Shown piece by piece: positions 56,258-64,000 of a stretch of DNA of 64,000 nt. The number at the start of each line of letters is the position of its first letter. The first letter of the stretch is position 1. The stretch spans positions 38 through 64,037 of the forward strand of contig JAICRU010000005.1 of the NCBI GenBank assembly GCA_025937235.1, given 5' to 3'. The position numbers and the translations under genes were made by a program. The notes under the pieces were generated by a model that was not told where the DNA came from, searched no databases, and saw nothing but the letters and a program-made list of their open reading frames with translations. The stretch comes from Acidimicrobiia bacterium. GTDB lineage: Bacteria; Actinomycetota; Acidimicrobiia; Spongiisociales; ZC4RG35.

Positions 56258-56736
56258 CCCGATATGCCATCGCCCTCGGGTCGAACCAGGGAGGACGGGT
56301 CGACCACCTGCGCCAGGCGGTGGCAGAGCTCGAGGGCCTGGGGACCATCGAGGCGATCTCGGGTCTGTACGAGACGGAACCGGTGGGAGGCCCGGCTCAG
56401 GATCCGTTTCTCAACGCGGTCGTCCTCCTCGATACCGACCTCGCGCCAGCGAAGCTCCTCGCAACCCTTCAACAGATCGAGACAGCTAATGATCGGGTGC
56501 GGACCGTCCGATGGGGCCCTCGCACCCTCGACCTCGACATCGTGGCCGTGGACGACCAGGTGATAGACACGCCGGACCTCCAGGTGCCACATCCCCGGGC
56601 CGCCGAGCGTCTCTTCGTTCTCCAGCCGCTCTGCGACGTCTGGCCGGAGGCCATGGTGGGAGACGGGCTGACCGCGGCGGAGGCACTGTCGGCGGTGTCT
56701 GGTCAGGTGGCCGATCTGGTCGCGGCCGACTGGTGA
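56254..56736 (+). CDS. folK: 2-amino-4-hydroxy-6-hydroxymethyldihydropteridine diphosphokinase
   Basis: AIALGSNQG, WGPRTLDLDIV and VPHPRAAERLFVL are present. The start overlaps the folB stop. Confidence 0.9.
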   Translation: MTRYAIALGSNQGGRVDHLRQAVAELEGLGTIEAISGLYETEPVGGPAQDPFLNAVVLLDTDLAPAKLLATLQQIETANDRVRTVRWGPRTLDLDIVAVDDQVIDTPDLQVPHPRAAERLFVLQPLCDVWPEAMVGDGLTAAEALSAVSGQVADLVAADW

Positions 56737-56889
56737 GTGACCGCCACCTGGGTCGGGAGGGAATTCAGGGACCATTGACCCTGGCGCGTGATCACACCGC
56801 CGTGCTACCTTCAACCCATGGGAAGCGGCCGCGGCCCTCCCCCTGACCGGGACATGCAGCAAGCGTCCAGGACAGGAGGAACGATCTAG

Positions 56890-57228
56890 ATGGCAAAACG
56901 GTCGCGAGAGCACCGCCAGGACATCCCCGGATACAACGACGGTCGCCCAACGCGCGAGGAGCGCAAGCAGCAACATCGCGCAGTGCGGCATTCCACCCAT
57001 CAGGTCCTGCACATGGCAGAAGACCCCGACGGGGTGGTGGTGCCCGAAGTGCGGGGGATCGGGGACAATCACAATCATCTCGCCGAGCCGCAAAGTTCTA
57101 AACGACAACGATTCAAGGTCTGGAAGACCAAGTTCTGGAAACGACGGCACGGATATCACGACATGAAGTCCGAGCTGGACTCGAACTGGCCCGTCATAAC
57201 CCCAGGTCAGCTGGAAGACCAGGTCTGA
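56890..57228 (+). CDS. Small, very basic His/Arg/Lys-rich hypothetical protein
   Basis: AGGAGGA lies 8 nt before the ATG. The 112-aa protein includes KRQRFKVWKTKFWKRRHGYHD. G/C third-position preference favours this frame over the long antisense ORF 56104..57510. No family was recognised. Confidence 0.55.
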   Translation: MAKRSREHRQDIPGYNDGRPTREERKQQHRAVRHSTHQVLHMAEDPDGVVVPEVRGIGDNHNHLAEPQSSKRQRFKVWKTKFWKRRHGYHDMKSELDSNWPVITPGQLEDQV

Positions 57229-57241
57229 GGCTGCCGGGTCT

Positions 57242-57267
57242 GAGGCTGGGAGCCACTGGCTAGCCTC
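57242..57267 (+). terminator. Bulged hairpin after the basic-protein gene (possible terminator)
   Basis: GAGGCT-ggg-AGCC-act-GGCT-AGCCTC was read directly. No U-tract follows. Confidence 0.3.
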
Positions 57268-57293
57268 GCCGCCACGCCGGCCGAGGAAGACCT

Positions 57294-58088
57294 GTGAGAC
57301 TGACTGTTGCCGGCCCGGGCAGGGCCGGAGGATCGGTTGCGCTAGCCGCGGCCAGGGTGGGTCACGAAATCGCGGGGGTGCTCTCCCGCTCACCGACACC
57401 AACTCCGTATGGTCCGGCACTCGATTGGGACGACCCAATTCCTGATTGTGACCTCCTCCTGATCGCCGTTCGTGACGACGCGATAACCGAGGTCGCCACC
57501 CGCCTGGCACCTCTGACCGAATCGGTTCCAGTCGCCGCCCACATGTCGGGGTTCACCCCGGTCACCGCATTGGAGGGCCTCGCCGCGGCCGGTGTCGTGG
57601 TCGGTGGCTTTCATCCCCTGCAGACCCTGCCCGATCCTGAGCGCGGGGCCGCCGCCCTGGCGGGGGCTTTCGTCGGGATCGGCGGTGGCCCCGAGGCCGC
57701 AGGAGTTCTCAACCGGCTGGCCGAGTCGTTGGACATGACTCCCTTCCCCCTCGCCGACGATTCGAGACCGGCCTATCACGCCGCCGCTTCGGCCGCGTCG
57801 AACTTCGTCATAACTGCCCTCGCCACTGCCACAGATCTGATGATGGAGGCGCGCATAGATCCGATCGTCACCCGCCCACTGGTCGAGCAGGCCGTGGCCA
57901 ACCTCTACGAGCTCACTGCCGATGCACCACTCACGGGCCCGATAGCGCGGGGCGACGTCACGACGGTGGTCGGTCAGATAGGTGCGGCGCGCCTCGTGTC
58001 CGAGGCAGTGGGCGAGCAGTACCGGCTCATGGCCGAGGCGACCGCAGTCCGCGCTGATCGAAGGGCTGACATCGCACTGTGGAGATAA
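57294..58088 (+). CDS. Rossmann-fold / DUF2520 oxidoreductase-like protein (the type usually found upstream of panC)
   Basis: The N-terminal VAGPGRAGGSVA is a GxGxxG-like loop. The C-terminal SNFVITAL...LTGPIARGD matches the DUF2520 pattern. It overlaps the panC start. Confidence 0.65.
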   Translation: MRLTVAGPGRAGGSVALAAARVGHEIAGVLSRSPTPTPYGPALDWDDPIPDCDLLLIAVRDDAITEVATRLAPLTESVPVAAHMSGFTPVTALEGLAAAGVVVGGFHPLQTLPDPERGAAALAGAFVGIGGGPEAAGVLNRLAESLDMTPFPLADDSRPAYHAAASAASNFVITALATATDLMMEARIDPIVTRPLVEQAVANLYELTADAPLTGPIARGDVTTVVGQIGAARLVSEAVGEQYRLMAEATAVRADRRADIALWR

Positions 58089-58957
58089 CGCGGACGTTCG
58101 CCGGCACACGGGATGAGTACGAAGGCAAGGTCGGGCTCCTTCCCACGCTCGGGTTCCTCCACGAGGGTCATCTCGCTCTTATCGACCTGCTGAGGCCGCG
58201 TTGCGACACCCTGGTGGTCTCGCTCTTCGTGAACCCGACCCAGTTCGACGACAAAGAGGACTTCGCCGCGTATCCGAGGGACACCGAGCGCGATGCCGGG
58301 CTGGCAGAGACGCACTCGGTTGACCTCCTCTTCGCCCCCGAGCAGGAAGAGGTGTATCCCGTCGGTGAGACCACCATCGTCGAGGTCGGTGGGGTGTCCC
58401 AAGAGATGGAGGGGCGCTATCGGGCCGGGCATTTCACCGGTGTGGCCACTGTGGTGGCCAAGCTCTTCGCCGGGCTGCAGCCCGACATCGCCATGTTCGG
58501 ACGTAAGGACGCCCAGCAGCTCGCAGTGCTCAAGTCCATGGTCCGGGATCTCAGGTTCCCGGTCGATGTGATCGACGCCCCGCTGGTGAGGGAGCCCGAT
58601 GGGCTCGCCCTCTCCAGTCGCAACGTGAGGCTGTCACGTATAGATCGGGAACGCGCCCTCGCCATCAGCAGAGGGTTGTTCCAGGCCGCGGAACAAGTGG
58701 ACGCAGGTGAGCGCCGGGCCGACCGTCTCGAAGGAACGGTGCGGCGGTCGCTGAAGGGTCTCGAGGTCGATTACGCCACCCTCGCCTCGCAGGACACGAT
58801 GGTTCCCATCCCCACGCTAGACCGGCCTGCAGTGCTGGCGGTTGCAGCACATGTGGGCGGGGTGCGTCTGATCGACAATGTCACCTTCGACTGGGTCGAC
58901 GGCAGGCCGCTTCCGGACCGGGGGCTGCTCCTCGGTGAGCCGAGTCGGCTCACCTAG
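58079..58957 (+). CDS. panC: Pantoate--beta-alanine ligase
   Basis: PTLGFLHEGHLAL (HIGH-like), FVNPTQF, FGRKDAQQL and SSRN are present. Confidence 0.93.
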   Translation: MEITRTFAGTRDEYEGKVGLLPTLGFLHEGHLALIDLLRPRCDTLVVSLFVNPTQFDDKEDFAAYPRDTERDAGLAETHSVDLLFAPEQEEVYPVGETTIVEVGGVSQEMEGRYRAGHFTGVATVVAKLFAGLQPDIAMFGRKDAQQLAVLKSMVRDLRFPVDVIDAPLVREPDGLALSSRNVRLSRIDRERALAISRGLFQAAEQVDAGERRADRLEGTVRRSLKGLEVDYATLASQDTMVPIPTLDRPAVLAVAAHVGGVRLIDNVTFDWVDGRPLPDRGLLLGEPSRLT

Positions 58958-58981
58958 GCCACGGGCCGCACTCCTAATCTC

Positions 58982-59857
58982 TTGATCGTGCGCGTCGGAG
59001 TGCTGATCCTGCCCGATGATCGGTGGGCGATCGCGGCAGACAGGTGGCGACGTGCCGAGGCTCTCGGTTTCGACCACGCCTGGACCTTCGATCACATCGC
59101 TTGGGGTGACTTGAGGGATTCGCCCTGGTTCGCCGCGATGCCGACCCTGACCGCAGCCGCCACCGCCACCAGCCGCCTGCGGATCGGAACACTTGTTGCA
59201 TCGCCGAACTTTCGGCACCCCGTACCCTTGGCCCGCGAGGTGATCACCCTCGACGACATCTCGCAAGGTCGTCTCACGGTGGGAGTCGGAGCAGGTTCTC
59301 ACGGTTGGGATGCCACCATGATGGGTCAGACACCATGGAGCGTGGCCGAGCGCGCCGACCGATTCGTCGAGTTCGTCGAGCTCTTGGATCTCCTGCTCAG
59401 GAATCTGGAAGTCTCCTACCAGGGCCGGTACTGGAATGCCCACGAGGCGAGGACCCACCCCGGCTGCTTCCAATCGCCACGCACCCCGTTTGCGATCGCG
59501 GCGACGGGAGCCAGGTCGATGAGATCCGCGGCGAGGCATGCCGCGACCTGGGTCACCAATGGAGATCGATCGCATCAGGGGCCACCCATGGCCGCGGAGC
59601 CGGGGGCGGCCGTCGTCGCGAGGCAGATGACGTCGTTGGAGCAGGCGTGCCTGGCCGAGGGTCGCGATCCGGCGAGCATCGATCGGCTCGTCCTCACCGG
59701 GCAACGCCTCGACTCCGGTCTGGCCTCGACGGCAGCCTTCGACGAGGTCAAGTCCGCCTACCGGGAGGTGGGCGTGACCGATCTGGTCATACCCTGGCCA
59801 CGTCCTGCTGACCCGTACCGTGGTGACGAGTCGATCCTCGAGCGCATCGTCGGTTGA
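58982..59857 (+). CDS. Luciferase-like monooxygenase (LLM) family, probably F420-dependent oxidoreductase
   Basis: GFDHAWTFDH, ASPNFRHPVPLAREVITLDDISQGRLTVGVGAG follows the LLM pattern. Confidence 0.7.
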   Translation: MIVRVGVLILPDDRWAIAADRWRRAEALGFDHAWTFDHIAWGDLRDSPWFAAMPTLTAAATATSRLRIGTLVASPNFRHPVPLAREVITLDDISQGRLTVGVGAGSHGWDATMMGQTPWSVAERADRFVEFVELLDLLLRNLEVSYQGRYWNAHEARTHPGCFQSPRTPFAIAATGARSMRSAARHAATWVTNGDRSHQGPPMAAEPGAAVVARQMTSLEQACLAEGRDPASIDRLVLTGQRLDSGLASTAAFDEVKSAYREVGVTDLVIPWPRPADPYRGDESILERIVG

Positions 59858-59915
59858 TCGTGATCACGGCGGGAATTCGGGACCGTGGCGTTCTACCCTC
59901 CACTGACCCAGCCAT

Positions 59916-61415
59916 TTGAGTGACATGACCGAGACATCCGACCAGGGCAAGGACCCACTCGTCGCTGGGAGACGGGAGCAGCACCAGAAGATCCTCGAAA
60001 GCGGCGGATATCCGCACCGGTACGACCGGACGCATCTAGCCGACGACCTGCACCGGCTGTTCTCCGACTTGGCCCCAGGCTCAGAGACCGACACCCGTGT
60101 ATCGGTCGCGGGGCGGCTCATGCTTCACCGGTCCTTCGGCAAGCTCCAGTTCGGGACGCTTCAAGACGTAACGGGAACGATCCAACTCTTCGTAGACCGG
60201 GCGACTCTGGGTGACGACGGGGCCAATCGGTTCTCCGAGGTCGACCTCGGCGACTGGCTCGGTGCGAGCGGTGTGATCATGACCACCCGCAAGGGCGAGC
60301 TGAGTGTGAGGGTGGACGATTTCGTCGTTCTCCAGAAGAGTCTCCGCCCCTTCCCCGACAAGTGGCATGGCCTCCATGACATCGAGCTGCGCAGTCGTCG
60401 CCGATATGTCGACCTGATGGTGAACGAGGAGGCCCGGAACGTAGCCCGGGCGAGGACGGTGGTGGTGGCGGAGCTCCGTCGTCAGTTCGAGACACGAGGA
60501 TTCATCGAGGTCGAGACACCCGTCTTGTTGCGTGAGGCGACCGGGGCGATGGCGCGGCCCTTCGCCACCCACCATCACGCCCTGGATATGGACATGTATC
60601 TACGCATCGCCACCGAGTTGTTCTTGAAGCGGCTCGTAGTCGGAGGCATGGAGAAGGTGTTCGAGATCGGCCGGATCTTTCGCAACGAGGGGGTCGACTC
60701 GACCCACAACCCCGAGTTCACCATGCTCGAGGCGTATGAAGCCTTCGCCGACTACACCGACATGATGACCCTCGTCGAGGAGGTGATCCCAGAGGTGGCG
60801 CGAGCCGTGACCGGGGGCACCAAAGTCAGCTACCAGGGACGGGAGCTCGATCTGACCCCGCCCCTCCGCCGGGCGACGATGACCGATCTGGTGTCGGAGC
60901 GGTTGGGTCACCCGGTCGACCTGGACAGCGACAAGGGAGAACTGGCCGGTTGGGCGGGAGAGTTGGGCATCGAGGTAGAAGAGGTGTGGAGCCAGGCCCG
61001 TCTCATCTCGGAGATCTACGAACAGGCAGTGGAGCCCGAGATCTGGGCACCAACCCTCGTCACCCACCAGCCGGTCGAGGTGTCGCCTCTGGCGCGGCGC
61101 AACCCTGACGACCCGCGTCTGGCCGACCGATTCGAGCTGGTGGTGGCCGGCTCGGAGTACGCCAATGCCTTCAGTGAGCTGAACGACCCCGATGATCAGC
61201 GGGAGAGGTTCGAGGCGCAGGCGGTCGCTCGGGCCGCCGGTGACCTGGAGGCGCACCCGGTGGACGAGGACTATCTCCTCGCCCTGGAATACGGTCTCCC
61301 GCCGACCGGCGGACTCGGGATCGGGGTGGACCGGTTGGTCATGCTGCTCACCGACCAGGCCCACATTCGAGAGGTGATCCTGTTCCCGACCCTCCGTCCG
61401 GAGAGTCAGCCTTGA
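59916..61415 (+). CDS. lysS: Lysine--tRNA ligase (class II)
   Basis: The OB-fold N-domain is VAGRLMLHRSFGKLQFGTLQD. Class II motifs are FIEVETPVL, FRNEGVDSTHNPEFTMLE and GGLGIGVDRLVMLL. The start is TTG 59916 or ATG 59925. Confidence 0.95.
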   Translation: MSDMTETSDQGKDPLVAGRREQHQKILESGGYPHRYDRTHLADDLHRLFSDLAPGSETDTRVSVAGRLMLHRSFGKLQFGTLQDVTGTIQLFVDRATLGDDGANRFSEVDLGDWLGASGVIMTTRKGELSVRVDDFVVLQKSLRPFPDKWHGLHDIELRSRRRYVDLMVNEEARNVARARTVVVAELRRQFETRGFIEVETPVLLREATGAMARPFATHHHALDMDMYLRIATELFLKRLVVGGMEKVFEIGRIFRNEGVDSTHNPEFTMLEAYEAFADYTDMMTLVEEVIPEVARAVTGGTKVSYQGRELDLTPPLRRATMTDLVSERLGHPVDLDSDKGELAGWAGELGIEVEEVWSQARLISEIYEQAVEPEIWAPTLVTHQPVEVSPLARRNPDDPRLADRFELVVAGSEYANAFSELNDPDDQRERFEAQAVARAAGDLEAHPVDEDYLLALEYGLPPTGGLGIGVDRLVMLLTDQAHIREVILFPTLRPESQP

Positions 61416-61473
61416 ATGCGAGCGCTGCGCCCACCACCGCCCAGCGCGGTTCTGGGGGTTGTGAGTTCGCGTC

Positions 61474-62463
61474 TCAGCCTCGGGCTGCCTCGACCCGGCC
61501 CAGCAGGTAGTCGCCCAAACCCTCCAGGATCCGCTTCGGCTCGCCATCGGGAATGATGGTCAACGCCGCCGATGCCTTTCTCAGACGCCGGGTGGCCTCA
61601 GAGAGGGAAGAGTCGACGTGGCCTCCCTCCCGCACGATCTCGATGACTTCGTTGACCACGTCGTCGGCGTAGGGATGATTGCCCTCCAGCAGCTTGCGCA
61701 CCCGGTCGCTCGCAGGCCCGGACAGCGCCTGGAGCACAGGCATCGTGAACTTGCCTTCCCGGATGTCGGAGCCCGCCGGCTTGCCGATCGTCTCCTCCTC
61801 GGCGACGAGGTCCAGGGCGTCATCGGCGATCTGGAACACCATTCCCAGCTCCCAGGCCCAGTCGGAGAGCGCGTCGACGACAGCGGGCTCGGCATCGGCG
61901 GCAATGGCCCCCAGCCGGGCTGCGGTGTGGATGAGCGATGCCGTCTTACCGGCGATGACCTGCTCGTAGTCGGCGACCCCGTGCTCGAGGTCGAAGTCCA
62001 GCTGTAACTCCCGGGTTTGCCCTTCGACCAGCTCGGCGTAGGTGGCGGCGAGCAGCCGGACGGACTCCTGGCTGAGATGGGTCGCGGCGACCTCCGAGGC
62101 TCTCGCCATGAGGAAGTCTCCGGCGAGGATGGCCACCGTGTTGCTCCAGTTGGCGTTCACCGAAGCTGCGCCGCGTCGCACGTCCGCCTCGTCGATGACA
62201 TCGTCGTGATATAGCGACCCGACGTGTATGAGCTCAACCGAGACGCCGGCCTCTATCGGGCGGCGATCCCGGGCAGGGCCGAACTCCGCTGCGAGCAGCG
62301 CCAGCAAGGGCCGAAACCGCTTCCCGCCGGCGAGGAGGAGGTGCTGGGCGATCTTGGTGAGGTAGGGGTCGTCGGCCGTAGAGGCCTCGAGGAGGCGCTC
62401 CTCAACACGCGTCAGCGAGTCCCATACGTTGGGGATGCGAATGAGACTTTGGAGATCGTCCAT
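61474..62463 (-). CDS. Polyprenyl diphosphate synthase (trans-isoprenyl diphosphate synthase family)
   Basis: The first Asp-rich motif is LIHVGSLYHDDVIDEA, the second is FQIADDALD, and GKRFRP is also present. The start is at MDDLQSL. Confidence 0.85.
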   Translation of the reverse strand: MDDLQSLIRIPNVWDSLTRVEERLLEASTADDPYLTKIAQHLLLAGGKRFRPLLALLAAEFGPARDRRPIEAGVSVELIHVGSLYHDDVIDEADVRRGAASVNANWSNTVAILAGDFLMARASEVAATHLSQESVRLLAATYAELVEGQTRELQLDFDLEHGVADYEQVIAGKTASLIHTAARLGAIAADAEPAVVDALSDWAWELGMVFQIADDALDLVAEEETIGKPAGSDIREGKFTMPVLQALSGPASDRVRKLLEGNHPYADDVVNEVIEIVREGGHVDSSLSEATRRLRKASAALTIIPDGEPKRILEGLGDYLLGRVEAARG

Positions 62464-62567
62464 TCTTGACGATGGTATTACGTGTCCACCCGTCGGGGAA
62501 TCGGCCCCGAGGGTCAAGAATGACCCGGTGGTAGAGTTGTGTCTGCCAGGCTTGGGAGTCAAGAGTG
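62461..62567. promoter_or_regulatory. Divergent control region with three copies of the 10-mer GTCAAGA(A/G)TG, one inverted
   Basis: CATTCTTGAC sits at 62461-62470 and contains the minus-strand ATG. GTCAAGAATG sits at 62513-62522, inside the palindrome GGGTCAAGAATGACCC at 62511-62526. GTCAAGAGTG sits at 62558-62567 and contains the clpC GTG start. Confidence 0.45.
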
Positions 62568-64000
62568 TTTGAGCGTTTCACAGATCGTGCTCGGCGGGTG
62601 GTCGTTCTGGCCCAGGAAGAGGCGCGGCTGCTCAATCACAACTACATCGGAACCGAGCACATCTTGCTCGGCCTCCTCAATGAGGGGGAGGGCATCGCTG
62701 CCCAGGCGCTGGAGAGCCTCGACATCGACCTCGCTTCGGTCCGTGAAGAGGTCGTCAAGATCATCGGGCAGGGCCAGCAGTCACCTTCCGGGCACATCCC
62801 GTTCACGCCGAGGGCCAAGAAGGTCCTCGAGCTCAGCCTTCGCGAGGCGCTTCAACTCGGCCACAACTACATCGGGACCGAGCACATCCTCCTCGGGCTG
62901 ATCCGGGAGGGAGAAGGGGTGGCCGCTCAGGTGCTGCAGCAGCTCGGCGCCGAGTTGCAGAAGGTGCGTCAGACCGTCATCCAGCTTCTCTCGGGCCCGG
63001 CCGGCAGCGAGCAGCAGTCCTCGGAGCCCGCGGGCTCGGGCGGCCGCGAGTCTTCGGCCGGTGGCTCCACCGTGCTCGACCAGTTCGGTCGGAACTACAC
63101 CCAATTGGCCCGCGAGCGCAAGCTCGACCCGGTCATCGGACGGGTCCGTGAGATCGAGCGCGTGATGCAGATCCTCTCCCGCCGGACCAAGAACAACCCG
63201 GTCCTCATCGGCGAGCCGGGCGTCGGGAAGACCGCCATCGTCGAGGGCCTTGCCCAGCGCATCATCGCCAAGGAGGTCCCCGAGAACCTCCAGGGGAAGA
63301 ACCTCTACTCGCTCGACCTGGGCGCCCTCGTCGCCGGATCCCGATATCGGGGTGACTTCGAAGAGCGCCTCAAGAAAGTGCTCAAGGAGATCAAGAGCCG
63401 GGGTGACATCATCCTCTTCATCGATGAGATCCACACCCTGGTCGGCGCAGGTGCGGCGGAGGGCGCGATCGACGCCGCCTCGATCCTCAAGCCGATGCTG
63501 GCCCGTGGCGAGTTGCAGACCGTGGGTGCGACCACTCTCGAGGAGTACCGCAAGTACCTCGAGAAGGACTCCGCTCTCGAGCGCCGCTTCCAACCGATCC
63601 AGGTCGACGAGCCTTCGGTCAGCGAGACCATCCAGATATTGATGGGGTTGAAAGACCGGTACGAGGCCCATCACTCGGTTCGGTTCACCGATCAGGCGAT
63701 CGTGTCGGCCGCCAACCTGGCCGACCGCTACCTGTCCGACCGGTTCCTGCCCGACAAGGCGATCGATCTCATCGACGAAGCCGGTAGCCGGCAGCGGATC
63801 CACCGCACCAGCGACCAGCCCGAGATCACGGCCATCGACGAGAAGCTCTCGAATGTGCGTCAGGACAAGCAGGACGCCGTTTCCCGCGAAAACTACGAGC
63901 GAGCGGCCAACCTGCGCGACGAGGAGCGGATCCTGCTCAGCGACAGGGCCGTGAAGGAGGCCGGCGAAGGCGAGAACGGCTGGGTCATCGACGAAGAGGA
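62565..64000 (+). CDS. clpC: ATP-dependent Clp protease ATP-binding subunit ClpC (N-terminal ~478 aa; continues past window end)
   Basis: A GTG start follows GGGAG. (V)[36 protein letters not shown] and a second Clp-N repeat are present. Walker A is [29 protein letters not shown] follows. It is absent from the ORF track because it is open at the window end. Confidence 0.95.
   Translation, partial: MFERFTDRARRVVVLAQEEARLLNHNYIGTEHILLGLLNEGEGIAAQALESLDIDLASVREEVVKIIGQGQQSPSGHIPFTPRAKKVLELSLREALQLGHNYIGTEHILLGLIREGEGVAAQVLQQLGAELQKVRQTVIQLLSGPAGSEQQSSEPAGSGGRESSAGGSTVLDQFGRNYTQLARERKLDPVIGRVREIERVMQILSRRTKNNPVLIGEPGVGKTAIVEGLAQRIIAKEVPENLQGKNLYSLDLGALVAGSRYRGDFEERLKKVLKEIKSRGDIILFIDEIHTLVGAGAAEGAIDAASILKPMLARGELQTVGATTLEEYRKYLEKDSALERRFQPIQVDEPSVSETIQILMGLKDRYEAHHSVRFTDQAIVSAANLADRYLSDRFLPDKAIDLIDEAGSRQRIHRTSDQPEITAIDEKLSNVRQDKQDAVSRENYERAANLRDEERILLSDRAVKEAGEGENGWVIDEE

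Noticed and set aside
57226-57267. UGA read-through or selenocysteine insertion at the basic-protein stop (would add U-G-C-R-V), with the downstream hairpin as SECIS
   Set aside because: The idea is tempting because selC is in the window. However, the extension is only 5 codons. The hairpin looks like a terminator and lacks the usual SECIS apical-loop features that I can verify by eye. The second TGA is explained by the 12-mer duplication.
56104-57510. 468-aa minus-strand ORF spanning folK, the basic-protein gene and the DUF2520 gene
   Set aside because: It overlaps three plus-strand genes that have SD sequences or family motifs. Its own sequence has no recognisable motif, and third-position G/C preference fits the plus-strand frames.
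62461-62567. Identification of the GTCAAGAATG repeats as CtsR boxes or HspR HAIR elements
   Set aside because: There is only partial resemblance: the CtsR heptad is GGTCAAA and the HAIR is CTTGAGT-N7-ACTCAAG. The spacing and partner half-sites do not match, so I report them only as an unassigned motif.

Overview
This is a visibly high-GC, almost fully coding actinobacterial-type chromosome segment. The gene order recalls, from memory, the mycobacterial clpC1-lysS-panC-folK/B/P/E-ftsH-hpt-tilS ... holB-topA ... tad-like neighbourhood. I call about 75 protein genes, two of them cut by the window edges. There are two tRNAs: a tRNA-Sec (anticodon UCA) at 7528-7620, hidden under a spurious 232-aa ORF in the track, and a tRNA-Thr (CGU) at 46240-46311. 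Other units are a translationally coupled 7-gene Tad/Flp-like pilus locus (33.5-37.3 kb), a SigH/RshA-like ECF-ZAS pair, and an ECF sigma / anti-sigma / RDD-protein operon. I saw no rRNA, CRISPR, transposase or integrase, and no clear-cut novel multi-gene system such as a defence island. The most unusual items are listed here. (1) selC sits with no sel genes nearby. (2) A catalytically degenerate phosphatase-fold gene is embedded in folE-folP-X-folB-folK. (3) A three-gene minus-strand operon (47-aa ORF, unknown-domain+RHH protein, DUF4097) lies between ftsH and folE, with a near-consensus promoter overlaid by TGACAT palindromes. (4) A 789-aa HerA-like ATPase has a coiled-coil tail and follows a Nudix/histidine-phosphatase gene. 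(5) An Nfu_N-like domain is fused to ferredoxin-NADP reductase. (6) An AT-rich 10-mer (GTCAAGAATG / CATTCTTGAC) recurs at the clpC start, in the mutT1-like upstream gap and in related form elsewhere. Three genes are disrupted: an MBL hydrolase by frameshifts, an ECF sigma by a frameshift, and a DUF1801 gene by an in-frame TAG. This could be gene decay or assembly indels. All function calls rest on by-eye motif and family recognition. No searches or folding programs were run, and start codons are often uncertain.
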